A stretch of 64,000 bases of DNA from Paraspadella gotoi (taxonomy: Eukaryota > Animalia > Chaetognatha), in the NCBI GenBank assembly GCA_051294375.1, contig CM119264.1, forward strand, positions 2,833,575 through 2,897,574, read 5' to 3'. A model generated the notes under the pieces. The model saw only the letters and a program-made list of their open reading frames with translations. It was not told where the DNA came from and did not search any database. Below, piece after piece: positions 47,577-60,582 of this stretch. The position numbers and the translations under genes are program-made. Every line of letters begins with the position of its first letter. Position 1 is the first letter of the stretch.

Positions 47577-49881
47577 ATGGACCAGCGACGCGCCCAACGC
47601 TTCCGTCAGAAGGAGGCGGACTTGGCCGAAGATCATTCCAGCTTGAAGGCCCGCTTGGCCTCCATCCGAAGTTTCCTGCTTCAGATTCAAAGCGGCTACA
47701 TGGGCGAAGACAAAATCGTTCTCGACTTCCTCTCCGCTTTGGCGAGTTACATCCTGTCTTTGGCGCCGCGTCTCCGTATTACGCCGCGAACGAAGAGCCC
47801 GACGGCGTCGCTCGGTCGCTCTTCCCTCGCCGGGACGATCCGCGCGGATCTGGACGCCGCCGAGCGCGCCCTCGACGAAGCCGTTCGCCGGCGCTTGAAC
47901 GAGTTGGTCGAGTCGAAACCAGGAATCTCCTCGCGCGAATTCCGTCGCTTCTTGGAAAGGCTCGACGAGTTGGGCGACTTAATGAACGACCTTTTCAAGA
48001 TGTGTCCGCCGACTTTATCATCGTTGAAGGAAGTAGGTCCGACATTGAAACGCTCACATCGCGTGGCCTCGGCGCCTTCTTCCAAGTATTCGGCGCGTCT
48101 CTCTCGCCGGGGCGCCGCAACCGGGCCCACGGCCCCTTTTTTCTCTTCTGACGAAAGAGTCCAATCTATTCGCGGTGAATCGGTGACCTCCTTTAACTCC
48201 AGCCTTCCCATTTCCTCGTATCAAGTCCGTCGTCGATCATCGAATCGTCGCTACGACTCATCTCCCATTCTTCCCTCCGTCCAAGAAGTCGACGCTCAGT
48301 TTCCAACGCCGGAACACAACTCGACTCCTCGAGATGACGAACTGGAAGATGAATCCTTGCCGCCGCTGCCGCCGTGCCGTCCTCGAGGACGTGCCGACTA
48401 CGGTCTTGGTCCCGCGATCGAACCCGCGCGTTTTCCGGAAAATCAATGGATCGATCTCGATATCTCTCTCTTCCATTCTCCCTGGCTGCTCTATCTCTTT
48501 CGTCCCCGCGACAACGCGCGCGAGTTGATCACCGAACTTTTGACGGATCATTACTCCAAGCGGGATCCCATGGCCGATCGCTTCCAGAGTTTCCCGGCTC
48601 CGGGTAAGTACTAAACGAATGGTTAGAAGAGGAGAAAATCTCGATAAGTCCACGGAAAAGGATGTCAAGGACCTTTTGGTCCACTCAGGCACGACATGCG
48701 CCGTCTTCAGCTTTTCCTTTAAGCAATGGTACCGCGGGGTGGTGCTCGAGCTCCTTCCGCCCATCGACGACAGAACGAGCACGTTCTTGACCGAAGAGCG
48801 AATCCTCGTCCACTTCCTCGACTTCGGCGACACCGAAAGATGCAGCCTAAACTGCCTCCGCCAACTCGAGCCCGCCTTCTCCGTCTTCAACGCCCAAGCC
48901 GCGGGTTACACCATGTCGGGCGTGGCGCCGGTCCGCCTCGTCGCCGGGGACAGCGCCGGCGCCGCTTTCGATTGGGAGAGTTTCCATTCCAAGTCGGATC
49001 AGTTCGTGGTGGCGGAGCAGTTCGAAAACGCGCTCTCCGGTTTCGTGACAACTGTTCACGGTAGAAGGCGAGTGAGGAGGAAGGGGAGGACTAGGGGAAA
49101 AGGCATGTTCTCGCTTTTATTTGTTCACTAATTACGCGGCGACTCTCTCAACCATCGCACAGATTCGTGGATCTAGTCGCTTTTCGCGGTTCAAGTCGCG
49201 AGGGTCGTTTGTCCGATTTGCTCGTCCGCCATCACCTGGCCGACGCCGTCGCGGACGAGGAGATTCTTCGACGGACTGTCTCGCCGATTCCCTGTCACCT
49301 CGGATGCCCCTTCGCGATCTCCGTGGACGGCGAGTGTCGCCATGGAGTCGTCGTCAGACCTCTGGAGAATCTTGGGTAAAAGAAGAAAAAATATTTTTCT
49401 GCTTCTGACAATAATTATTCTTCGATCTCCATCCAGTCATCTCGATCGGTTCAAGCCTTCCACTTCCACTTCCGACTTCGCCGCGATCGATAGCGGCGAG
49501 GATCGATCCGAACTCCCTGGTCTCACGAAACCCTGGAACTCTCGCGACAAACTATTGGAGCTCATAGACGGAGAGATGAGCTGCCTGTTTTCCGGCGTGA
49601 GCGTAGAGGTCGCCAAGCGCGACCACGTCCAAGATTACGTCCTTTCTTTGACGGAGACGTCTCGTTCGGTCGCCGGTTCCGTCAGCTCCTCTTCTCGCGT
49701 CGCTGAAGATCGCGTGAGCAGCAGCGGCACTGGTCGCCGCAACGGCAATTCAGCGTCCGAACGCTCCTTCACTCTCGACGGACAGCCTCCGGCGCCCGTC
49801 TCAGCGGAGCAGCGTTTCGATTTGAATCGGCGCAGCTTTGAAACCACTTGGACGAGGAGTGATGTCGCGGAGAGGCGATGA
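47577..49881 (+). CDS. Tudor-domain protein (single extended Tudor)
   Basis: FPAPG|TTCAVFSFSFKQWYRGVVLEL...ILVHFLDFGDTERCSLNCLRQLEPAFSVFNAQAAGYTMSGVAP matches the extended Tudor pattern (C-x-WYR, V-x-F-x-D-F-G, L-x-x-L). Exons 47577-48603, 48689-49067, 49163-49375, 49437-49881; the true start may lie further upstream. Confidence 0.85.
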
Positions 49882-50000
49882 TAAAGATTCACGATTAGCC
49901 TCGCGTTAGTTAGTCTACGTAGTTTCGGTTTTATACAACATACACGTTATATTATTGTCTTTAAATTATGACGAACTTTTGTTACTTTATTTATTGTAGT

Positions 50001-50098
50001 TTTAGCGCCGCGAAAACGCAAACTGTGAAAGGTGGAGAGATTTGGTTTTATACGACGATCCAACCTAATTTTTTTTTTCACTGTTTATTTTGTTTGAA
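50001..50098 (+). promoter_or_regulatory. E2F-like and CHR-like motifs upstream of Cdc20
   Basis: TTTAGCGCCGCGAAAA at 50001-50016 (overlapping inverted E2F-like sites) and TTTGAA at 50093-50098. Confidence 0.4.
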
Positions 50099-50360
50099 TA
50101 ACTAAAGGGTAACTCGGGAGTTACTTGATTATTAACTTGATTATTATTTGGTTGGTTATCCTTCCATACACACCGTCTATTCACCCCGAACTGAATTTCC
50201 AGTTTCTTTTAAGCTTTTAACATTTAGAATTAAGTGCAAAATTAAAATTGACTTTTGTTTCGTTTTTTAATAATTGTTTCGTCTTTTTTTTTCGAAGATT
50301 TTATCGCCTTGAATTCTTCGCCCACCACAACAACTCGTATCGCGGAGACGACGACGAAAT

Positions 50361-51452
50361 ATGTCGCAGTTCAACTTGGAGAACGAAATAAACTCCGTCA
50401 TTCGCATGGACGCCCCCGTGACCGGCCCGGCCTTTCGCTGGGAGAGGAAGGGCCAGAACGGAGCCTCAGCAGGTTCGAACCCCCCCACCTTCCCTCAATT
50501 CCCATTTCCCTTTTTATTCTCGTTAATTTTAAACTCATTTCCAGGAAATCGTCGTCCCCTGGAAACTTCTTTCAACCTCAGCCAATCCCTTTCCATGTCC
50601 CAATCGATGCACAACCAAAGCCTCTCCGGTCTCTTGGCCGTTCCTCCGTCCAACGGAAACAAAACTCCCAACGGTTCTCGGTCGGTTTTCCTTTCCCGAT
50701 CTCGTTTTCAGTTTGAGTTTCGACAAAACAAAACCATTTTTAAAAAATACCTTCCATGGCTTCTTTTTCTTTCGTTGATTCACTTTTGTTTTACGTATCA
50801 TGAAACCAGATCGACGACGCCCACTAGAGGGAAGACTCCTACCAAAGGAAGCGGAAGCAAAACGCCGAACAAGTCGCCGGGACGCGGAGTTTCGGGCGCC
50901 GATCGCTTCATTCCCAGCAGGAGCACGACTCAGTTCGATCTCGGCTACCACAAACTTACCACCGGCGCCGGCGGCTCCGAAGAAGGAAACGACGGGGCGC
51001 CGGAAATGTCGCCGAAGAAGATGGAATATCAGAAGAACATGAGTCGGAACCTCAACGGCGTCGAGGACGTCAACGACGTTAAGATCCTCTCCTACACCAA
51101 CAAGCCTCCTCAGGCGCCTGAGGGATACCAGAACCAGCTGCGGGTCTTGTACAGCCAATCCAAGGTTAGGGATACTTTTTGAGGGGGTTTGGTTGTGAGG
51201 GATAAATTACGATAACTAAATTGTGAGATGGCGATAGACTAGTAAGAAATTTTGAGATGATGATGTACAAATAAGAATACATAGCTTGAATTGGCGATAG
51301 ATAAAGGTAAATTATTTTGGTAAGTAATTCTCTCCATTTCTCAGGCTTCAGCGGCGAAGAGTCAACGGGCGTCCAGACTCATTCCTTCGATGCCGGAACG
51401 AATACTTGACGCGCCCAACATCGTCGACGACTTTTATCTTAATCTCCTCGAC

Positions 51453-51510
<58 letters not shown>

Positions 51511-52956
51511 CTGACTTTCTGAGGCTACATTAGTAAAATTCTAACCATTGAATGATTTTTTATATTGGTTTTTTAGGTCTACCACGAATGTTTTAGCCGT
51601 CGCCCTGTACGACGCCGTCTACATTTGGAACGGACAAACGGGAGAGATCGACGTTCTCATGCAAGCTCCTGAAAGTGAGGAGAACGGTTATCCCAGGTAC
51701 TTAAGACCCGATCATTTCTTGTTTCTGCCTAAAGTTTTGTCCCGGTGGCGGTATGACGACATTTTGTTTTCGACAGTTCCGTCTCGTGGTCGGAAGATGG
51801 CAACTTCATCGCCATCGGCACGTCTTGGAACGACGTTGAATTGTGGGACGTGAATCAAAAGAAAAAGCTCCGCACGATGGCGGGTGGGTGATTCTGTGAA
51901 ATTACAAACCTGAAACTAGGGGCGACCAAAATCATACTTATAAACTCTTTAAATCTCAGGTCATACATCACGAATCGGTTCGCTGGCCTGGAACTCTTTC
52001 GTGTTAACTTCGTGAGTTTAAAAAAAAGTTTTGATTGATTATTTTTGATTTCATTTTCCAATTTTGATTTGCGTTGCTCTTTTTTTCAGTGGATCGCGGT
52101 CCGGCGCCATTCATCATCACGACGTTCGGGTCGCGAATCACCTTCAGGGGCAAATCGAATTTCATACTCAGGTTAAATATTTGAGTGACGAGTTTTCTTT
52201 AAAAATTGTATTTTTTGAAAAAAAAAAAAAAAATCTGTTCATTTTAGGACGTCTGTGGCTTACAATGGTCGCACGACAAAAGACATTTGGCCTCCGGTGC
52301 CAACGACAATGTGCTCGCCGTTTGGGGTGCCGATCCGACCAACTCTACTCCTATTCACAATTTCACCCAGCATCAGGTCTAACCCTTTTCAATATAGTTA
52401 ATATAGTTATGTTAGGTTAATTTTTAATTCGAACGACCCTTTCAGGCTGCAGTAAAGGCCATCGCCTGGTGCCCTTGGCAAAACTCGCTCCTCGCTTCCG
52501 GCGGTGGGACTGCGGACAGATGCATCCGTTTCTGGAATGTCAACACCGGCTCTTGTCTCAACACCGTCGATACTAAGAGTCAAGTCTGTGCCTTATCGTG
52601 GAACTCTCACTATCGGGAGCTGTTGTCCTGGTAAGAGTTTGAGCGCACATTGAAGCCATTAACAAAAAATACTCTGGGCTGAACTCTCATTTTGAATTGG
52701 CAGTCACGGCTATGCTCAAAACCAGTTGATCATCTGGAAGTACCCGACCATGACTCGGCTGGCCGAGCTTCAGGGTCACACCGCCCGAGTCCTGAACCTT
52801 GCAACGTCTCCCGACGGGCAGACTGTCGCCTCTGCCGCCGCGGATCAGACTATCCGCCTTTGGAACTGTTTCAAGGTGGACGAACAAAAGAGCAAGAAGG
52901 AGACTGGGTCTTCCTCGACGGCGAGTCTCAATTTCATGTCGCGCGGAATTCGTTGA
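50361..52956 (+). CDS. CDC20: Cdc20/fizzy, APC/C co-activator (WD40)
   Basis: N-terminus [19 protein letters not shown]...RWERK, C-box DRFIPSR, KILSY motif, [23 protein letters not shown]40 repeats ([31 protein letters not shown]), C-terminal IR tail; 11 exons with canonical GT-AG introns. Confidence 0.97.
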
Positions 52957-53408
52957 AAGTTCATTCGTCGATTCACTTTTAAAAATCTCCAATCGTGACT
53001 TTGATCTCACGAATTTTATGTGACAGCTCTCTCTATTAAAATATATGATTTGCTAATAGATACTTAGTTTTATTAGGTCGGAAGGAAATCTGTTTGGTGG
53101 ATGATTTCATGAATTTATTTTAGTAAAGAGTTCTCTGCTGACAAAAGGTTTTACGATTTTTAATGGCTGAGGAGTAAAATCTTGTTTCCGGTTTAATATC
53201 TTCATTTTATACTTGCTAAAAAAGTACTTCTATTAGCATCAGAATGACTTTTTTTTTACCTTTTTTTAAAATTCCATATTTCTTCGATTATGTAACTTGC
53301 ATTTTTAAATTAATACCGTTAATGCCCTTTGCCCTCTTAATGACTGTAAATAAATCATAGATAAAGCTTCTTTTGCTAACGCCTCAAACGCCTCCCTGAA
53401 AGTGAAAA

Positions 53409-54890
53409 ATGGCAGCCACTGATTTCAGCGTAAGTTGTGACTAGTGATTTTTTTACTTGACTATGATAATTACTAATAAAATTATTAAATGCTAGAAATT
53501 CTCGACGGTCATGAACGAAATCAACGAAGGGTCTTCACGTCCGTCGCTCAAATCGGTCGTCACCGTAGAGAAGAATCCATTGCCGACTCAAGAGACTGTG
53601 GAGACGGAGCGGCGACAACTCGGGCTCATCAATTCCGTCTCCGAGTTTGATCGAGAGAATCTCAAACCCGCCGTCACGAAAGAGATGAATCTCACTCCCG
53701 ACGCTGACGTCATTAAAAAGGTGAAGCGAAGAAGGCGGACGGATTCCAGATTATGGCCATTAGAAAAATTAAGATGATTTTGTTCAGGAAAAACTGGAAA
53801 ACGGGATAATTTCTTCAGTTTCATCGTTTGACAGGAAAAATCTCAAGCACGCGGAAACGGTAACAGATTTCATCATAATTTTAGTCAATTATTATTATAT
53901 ATGTAGTTATGAAAATTACTAAATTGTTTTACTATGAAATTGGTACAACCAATATAAACAGGAGGATTTAGCTTGCCGTCCCATTCTTCCCTTACTCTTC
54001 CTCTTTTTTCATCCTAGGTATATTTTGTCTAGCGGTGTATTCTCTCGTTTCTACTCTCCTCGAAATATATAATTTTCCTTCTATTTCCTCACGCCTTCAA
54101 TAACCCTCAAGATAAAGATTATCTATTCATTCAATACAATAGATTAGCTATCTTGACTTTGAATAGGCAATTTTGGGTTAAGGCATCCAGTCCAATATCT
54201 TACTTCGACCCTGCAAGCGTTCAATCGAGACTCGCACACAGTCAGTCTCGTTTATTCCTTCCCATAATTACTACCTGGGTTCCCAATCAATGAAGTGGTA
54301 AAACATTTCAAAGAATGTTTTAATTGTATGTTATAAAATGACCACTCCCTTTAATATTAGATGGGAATTACAAGTAACAATACAAGAGGATGACTGTTAC
54401 TCTTTTAATTTCTCCGTAATAAACCACGGCTACTTCCTTGGTTGATATACTAGTCTACATTTCTGACCTCATCTCTTAGGTGGAGAAAAACTCGACGCCT
54501 GACGCAGAATCTTTGAAGAAGGAAAGGAAGGAGACGGAGGTTCTCCGCGGAGTGGCCTCCTTCGACAGAGCCTCTCTCAAACCGGCCGAGATGATCGAGA
54601 AGGATCTTCGTCCCGACGCCGACGTCATCGCCAAAGAACGCAAGGAGACGGAGGTCATCATGGGCGTGGCCTCCTTCGACCGCGCCTCTCTCAAACCCGC
54701 GGAGATGGTCGAGAAAGACCTTCGCCCAGACGCCGACGTCGTCGCCAAGGAGCGACAGGAGTTGGGCGTGATCCGCGGGGTGGCCGCCTTCGACAAAGCC
54801 GCCCTCAAACCCGCCGAGACCGTGGAGAAGAACGTTCTGCCCGACAAGGAGACCATCGAGGGCGAGAAGCGTCAATCGCTCGGGCAGTGA
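53409..54890 (+). CDS. Multi-repeat beta-thymosin/WH2 actin-binding protein (ciboulot/tetrathymosin-like), 6 repeats
   Basis: Exons 53409-53429, ~53496-53720, ~53788-53859 and 54480-54890. Repeats F-D-x-x-x-LK-x-x-E-x-x-EK-x-x-x-P with cores LKSVVT, LKPAVT, LKHAET, LKPAEM, LKPAEM, LKPAET. Confidence 0.92.
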
Positions 54891-56255
54891 GGGCGCTGAT
54901 GCCACCAATTGCTTTGATGCTCATTTGTTCCGTCCGTGATTTGTCGATATATGTGATGTAAAACCGAAGCCTATCTTTTATTTTTCGAATTCCAATTTAA
55001 ATCAATTTATATACAAGTTTTTCTTACTATTGTATTTTTATACTTTTTTATTTAATTACAATGACAAATATGATATTGGACTTCTTCTATCCGTTGAAAT
55101 TGAGTTACGAAATTTTATTATTGCCAGTTTTAGCTAATTGCAATTCTTGATTACTGTGATTGCGCTATGTCAATTTGAAAAAAAATTACTTTCTCATCCT
55201 GGACTCCCAGACTAAGAAAAAGCAAATAGGATTCGTGTTGTAAATAAAATTTTTAATGTAGATTAAGTTATGGACAAGAAGTTAGGTTCCGATTTAGGTT
55301 AGATGCAAGATACAAAAGTTGGCATTCATGACATTTTTTTTACATAAAGGCTTAAAAATTGAATCCATGGAAAGGATTTCCTTTTCATCTGTGGAAATAA
55401 AAGCATATGTATTAGTAATAGACGTCATTTAACATTTGATTAATAATTTGGTTAAACTAGACAATTTTGATGATGATAAAATATAGGATTTAGTCCCAAC
55501 CTGTTGTCGTTGGCCTTTAAAACGGCGTGGCATTTCATTTTCAAACAGGTTTTTTTTTTTAAACTGCGCTAATAACAGCTCGATAGCTGATTCATATGTT
55601 ACAATCTTTGTAAGGGGTCGTCTCGTCACTAGCAAACTTTCATTTAAATTTCGTATCAGGATTGCATAACTGAATAAATTAGTACATTAATGAAAATAAC
55701 ATTTAAGAAAAGAATATTAAACAAATTCATTAGTAAAAACAGACTAAAAATAACTTTAATTATAAAAAATTTTTTTTTTCATTATATTGACCAGGTTCTC
55801 AATTCTCCCGAATACAAATTTGTCTTACCTGACAAAAACTTCGTGTTTAGCCTTTAAACATCTCTTATTTAACTCGAAATTTTTTTCTCTTATAAGAGCG
55901 AGAGTTTATTCTATCCTCTTCTCTCTTCGCTCCTCCTCTTGTCAATAAACTTACCTTCTCATTAAAAATAAAAAAATTCCCTGTTAATTTTTTGGTTCCA
56001 CCGATTTCGTGCGAGGATAACAGAATCTGATCTCGGAAAAACGCGCAGTTCGAAAGTTTTTTTTTTTCTATTTTCAATTCTCGCTCTTCAATTCAGTCTT
56101 TTCAGTCATTCAGTTTGCGTCGGGTAAGTTCTTGGCAAAAGAGAAATAAAATTGATCGATCATCCTTAGCTGCTGGTGGTTGTTCGCCTCGGAATCCCTT
56201 TTTAATTTGAACAGTCTTGTTTTTTTTTTTTCGATCATTGAACACAAGAAGGACC

Positions 56256-59200
56256 ATGGGAACGATGGATCCTTACTCGAAATATTACAAAGATATTAAA
56301 GGCTTCGACTTTACGGGAAGACAAGCCCTCTCTTGCGGCAACGAATCCATTAAAGTTCAGTGCGACGGAAAGAGTAAATGCTTTTGCGTCGTCGAGGACG
56401 TCCAAGGCGGTCTCAACGTCGGAGGTGACGCCAAATTAATTATTAATCTTTTAAAGAAAGTAAATTATTTTAAAGAATGGACTTTAAAAGCAATTAAAGT
56501 CTACATTCTATAGAAAAAACAAGAAAAATTTGAACTTTCTAATCTTTGAACGATTCGTTTTGTCAAATCGCAATCCCCACAGAATGCTTTATCAGTTTGC
56601 ATTTTACAACCAATCTCGAGGCCGAGGACTAAAGCGTTTCTTTTTTTGGCCTCATTAACTCCTCGCCATTTTCTCCTCAAGGTCTTGTGGGGGTGATCGT
56701 GTTTTACCTGGTCATCCTCGGCGTCGGACTCTTCGCCGCCTGGAAGAATCGGAAGGAACGACTCAAGAATAAGGAGGAAGTTTCGGCGACGGATGTGATT
56801 CTGGCCAAGAGAAACATCAATTGGTGGGTTGGCATAATGACAATGACGGGTAAGTTCTTTTGATAAATAGGTGGGGTCTTATCTTGACCATGACGGTCGA
56901 CCGTTGAGTTTTTATCATTACCGGTAAATTTTGTTGCGTTAATTTTTAATGATTTCTCTCTTTCTAAATTCTCATTGTCCCAACCTCCTACTCCATTCCC
57001 TTTCTTCAGCTACTTGGGTCGGTGGAGGATACATTAACGGTGCGGCGGAAATAACATACGGCTCCGGTTTCGGAATGTGCCAAGCGCCCTTCGGATTTTC
57101 CCTCAGTCTAGTTATGGGTGAGATTTAAATGAATAGTTCATCAATGACGAGGACGTGGTCGGCTTCGCATTCACAAATGTCTGCGATGCCTTCTAACTTC
57201 ATTTTCTGCAGGCGGCCTTTTCTTCGCGAAGCCCATGCGCGAGGCGGGCTACACCACGATGCTGGACCCTTTTCAAAAACGTTTCGGCAAAGTCATGGGC
57301 GCTTTTTGTTTTCTGCCCGCCCTCACTGGGGAAATCTTTTGGTCGGCCGCCATCCTTTCCGCTCTGGGATCCACACTAAGGTCAACTGTTTCATATTTTT
57401 TGAGCAGTTTGTTTTAATGTTTCTTTGCGTTAAGTACCGAGTAGTGTTGTGGCATTTTGTTGTTATCGGCAAGTCGACTGATTAATTGTCACTGTAATTG
57501 CTGAGGACCATAGATGCGGAATGCTTTTTTTTCCCCTTTAAAATAAGTATCGGTTCCATCTTTTTCTTCTTCCCCAGCGTGATCCTCCACGTGGGTCGCG
57601 ACGCCGCCGTCGTCGTCTCCGCCGTCATCGCTATCGGCTACACTCTCGTCGGCGGCCTTCTCTCTGTGGCCTACACCGACGTCGTTCAACTCATTTGCAT
57701 CGCCCTCGGTTTGGTGAGTTCAAGTTGGTCTTTGGCAACTGGGTCGCTATCGAAAGAGTAAATGCGAAGAAAGATCACGCATGGCAACTCACTTAATGCC
57801 TGGGAGAGCGAAAAAGTTAAGAACCTGTAGTTTATTTTACTCCTTCACTGCCTCTTACTCTTTCTTCACTTTTTGCACATATTAGTCAGGACTGCGCCCA
57901 CTTATTATTATTGTTACTTATATTCGAGTCTCGACCGATACGAGGCTCCAATGCACTCGATCGACGGTCGGCCTGATTTCGAATATAATCCTGGTTAAGC
58001 TTGGAGACTTTTTATTCGTAAAAAAAGTTGCGGAGAATAGGGAAAAAAAATTAACTTTCTCTTTTCAAAAGAGTGACAAAAGTAGAGGGATTTTAAATTT
58101 GCATGGTTTATATCGTAAAATGTTACATTGAATATTTGTATAAAGTAGTTTTAGAGTTACATATTAAAAGGTCCTTCAACCTTTCCAACGATGTTCTTTA
58201 CGTTTTGATGATTACAGGTCATCGCCTGCCCCTTCGCGGCGGCCCACACCTTTACCCTGCCGCTCGGAGAGACGAACGACCCCGTACTCGATCCTCCGGT
58301 CTGGATCAGCGACACCAAACCTCCCTCGACGAGGGGATGGGTTGGCAACATCAAGGACGACGCCTGGGGGAGTTGGATCGATGTTTATCTCCTTCTCATC
58401 TTCGGCGGCATTCCGTGGCAGGTAAGGACATTTTTTATTTTTTTATTCTTTTTCGTTATATTTCCTTTTCCACCTTTTTCCCCCCAGGTTTATTTCCAGC
58501 GTGTATTGTCCTCTCAAAACGCCAGAGCCGCCCAGATTCTCTCTTTCGCCGCCGGAATCGGTTGCATCCTCATGGTGCTGCCGCCGGCCTTTATCGGCGC
58601 CATCGCTTTCTCGACGGGTAGGTTTCGATTTAATTATAAAGATCTTTGAGGAATCCGTTTGTCTCCCCCTGGCCTTGTCTCTGATTACTCTTTTCCTTCT
58701 TATTTTTGTTTTATCTACTTGTTTTAATGTTTTGTTTTTTTTTCCCGCTCCTATCTTCCTTAAGATTGGACGAAAGTAAAGTCTCTACCCAAAGCCTTCA
58801 ACTTCTCCTTCGACTACGTTTCCGGCGAGGGGAAGCTGGTGTCGCGAGACGGATATCTCGATCTCGGAATCGTCAACAACACCATCATGCCCATCAACAC
58901 CCTCCACGACTCCTCCATCACTTTGCCCTTGGTCCTGCAGGTGCAATTGGTTTAATAGATTCATTCGTTTTGAGAATTTTAAATTATCATTATCTCTCTC
59001 TCTCTCTCTCAGTATCTGACGCCCGAGGCGGTGTCTTTCATCGGCCTAGGCGCCGTCGCCGCCGCCGTCATGTCCTCGACGGACTCTTCCATCCTCGGAA
59101 TAAGCTCCATGTTTACCAACAACATCTATCGCGTTCTCATTAGACCAAAGGTTATTTGTTTTGCGTTGAAAACAAAAAACAAACAACAATTAAATAGTAC

Positions 59201-60582
59201 GTTCCAAAGAAGGAATGTTATTAATAATCGCCTATTTACTTTATAAGTCTCTCTTTAAATTAATCTTTTCCTATCTCCCCCACTTTCTCCCTTCCTCCCT
59301 CTCCCCGCCACTTCCCTCTTTTCCTACGAAAGGCTTCAGAAAAGGAACTGATCTGGGTGATCCGGCTGGCGATCGTTTGCAACGGGGCGCTCGCTCTCAC
59401 TCTCGGCCTCTTGGTCAAGTCCGTCTACGGACTCTTTTATCTCTGCGCCGATTTCGTCTACGTCGTTCTCTTCCCTCAACTGGTGGCGCTGCTCTACATC
59501 CCTTTCGTCAACGTGTACGGATCCATCGTCGCTTACATCGTCGGACTCTTTCTTCGGTTGGGCGGCGGCGAGAGAGTCGTCATTGGTGAGTCGATTGAGA
59601 CTAATGATGATCGAGTGTGTGGCGCTCTCTATCGCTGGTTTTTCTTGTTTCATTTTGTTTTGTTTCTCTGTTCGAATTAGCAGGAGAGTTTTAATTATTT
59701 TTGGTCGGCAGCGGATATATCCAAATCTTTCTAAACGCCCGGAAGTCACCTTGAAAGATTACATAGGAAGGGATAAATAATATTAAATATTTTAAAAAAG
59801 GATGAGATTTAAAATTATGACTAACAAAGTTTGATTTTATTTTGCAACGAATTCGTTGCAAAATAAAATCAAACTTTGTTAATCTCTCAAACAACGAAAA
59901 AGAAAGGATAATTACCAAAAATCATGACTAAAAGAGAAATAAGAGTGACCAAAAGAAAATGTTAAGAAAATTTTTCCTCTCAGCGTCTCTAATTTTTCGT
60001 TTCCCATTGAGAATTCCTATTATATATAATATATATATATATAATTTCAATGTCAATGATGCGACGATTGATCTCATTTGATTTTCGCAGGTGGAAACAC
60101 GGTGATGGACTTCAAGCCTTTTATCTTCTATCCTTACTACAAGACTTCGCCCGACGAAGACCTCGGAGCAGCGGGGCAGCTCTTCCCCTTCCGCACCTTC
60201 GCCATGATCATGTCCTTTGTCTCACTCATTCTCGTCTCGCAACTCACTTACTTTCTCTTTGTCCTCAGGGGACACAGAAAATACGATTTTCTCAAAGCAT
60301 ATGAGGTCTTGAGATGTTTTTACGAGCCATTAAAAAGTCGTCTCTGTGAAAATTATTAAATAGTAATAAATCCTTTGGCCATTTTTTCCTTTAAGACCGT
60401 GAATGAAAAACATGTTAGCGCTAACACTCTAATTGAATTTTTATTATATCTACTTATGTCATCCTATATGTATTTTTATTTTCTTTAAGGATGATGACCA
60501 AAACGATGGCGTTACTCTCAACAAAATGGAAAAATACGAGAATAAAGGCGAAACCAATTACGCGTTGGAAGACAAGTACTAA
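56256..60582 (+). CDS. SLC5A7: High-affinity choline transporter-like sodium:solute symporter (SLC5A7/ChT family)
   Basis: [116 protein letters not shown] and QLFPFRT motifs across ~12 exons. Confidence 0.93.
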
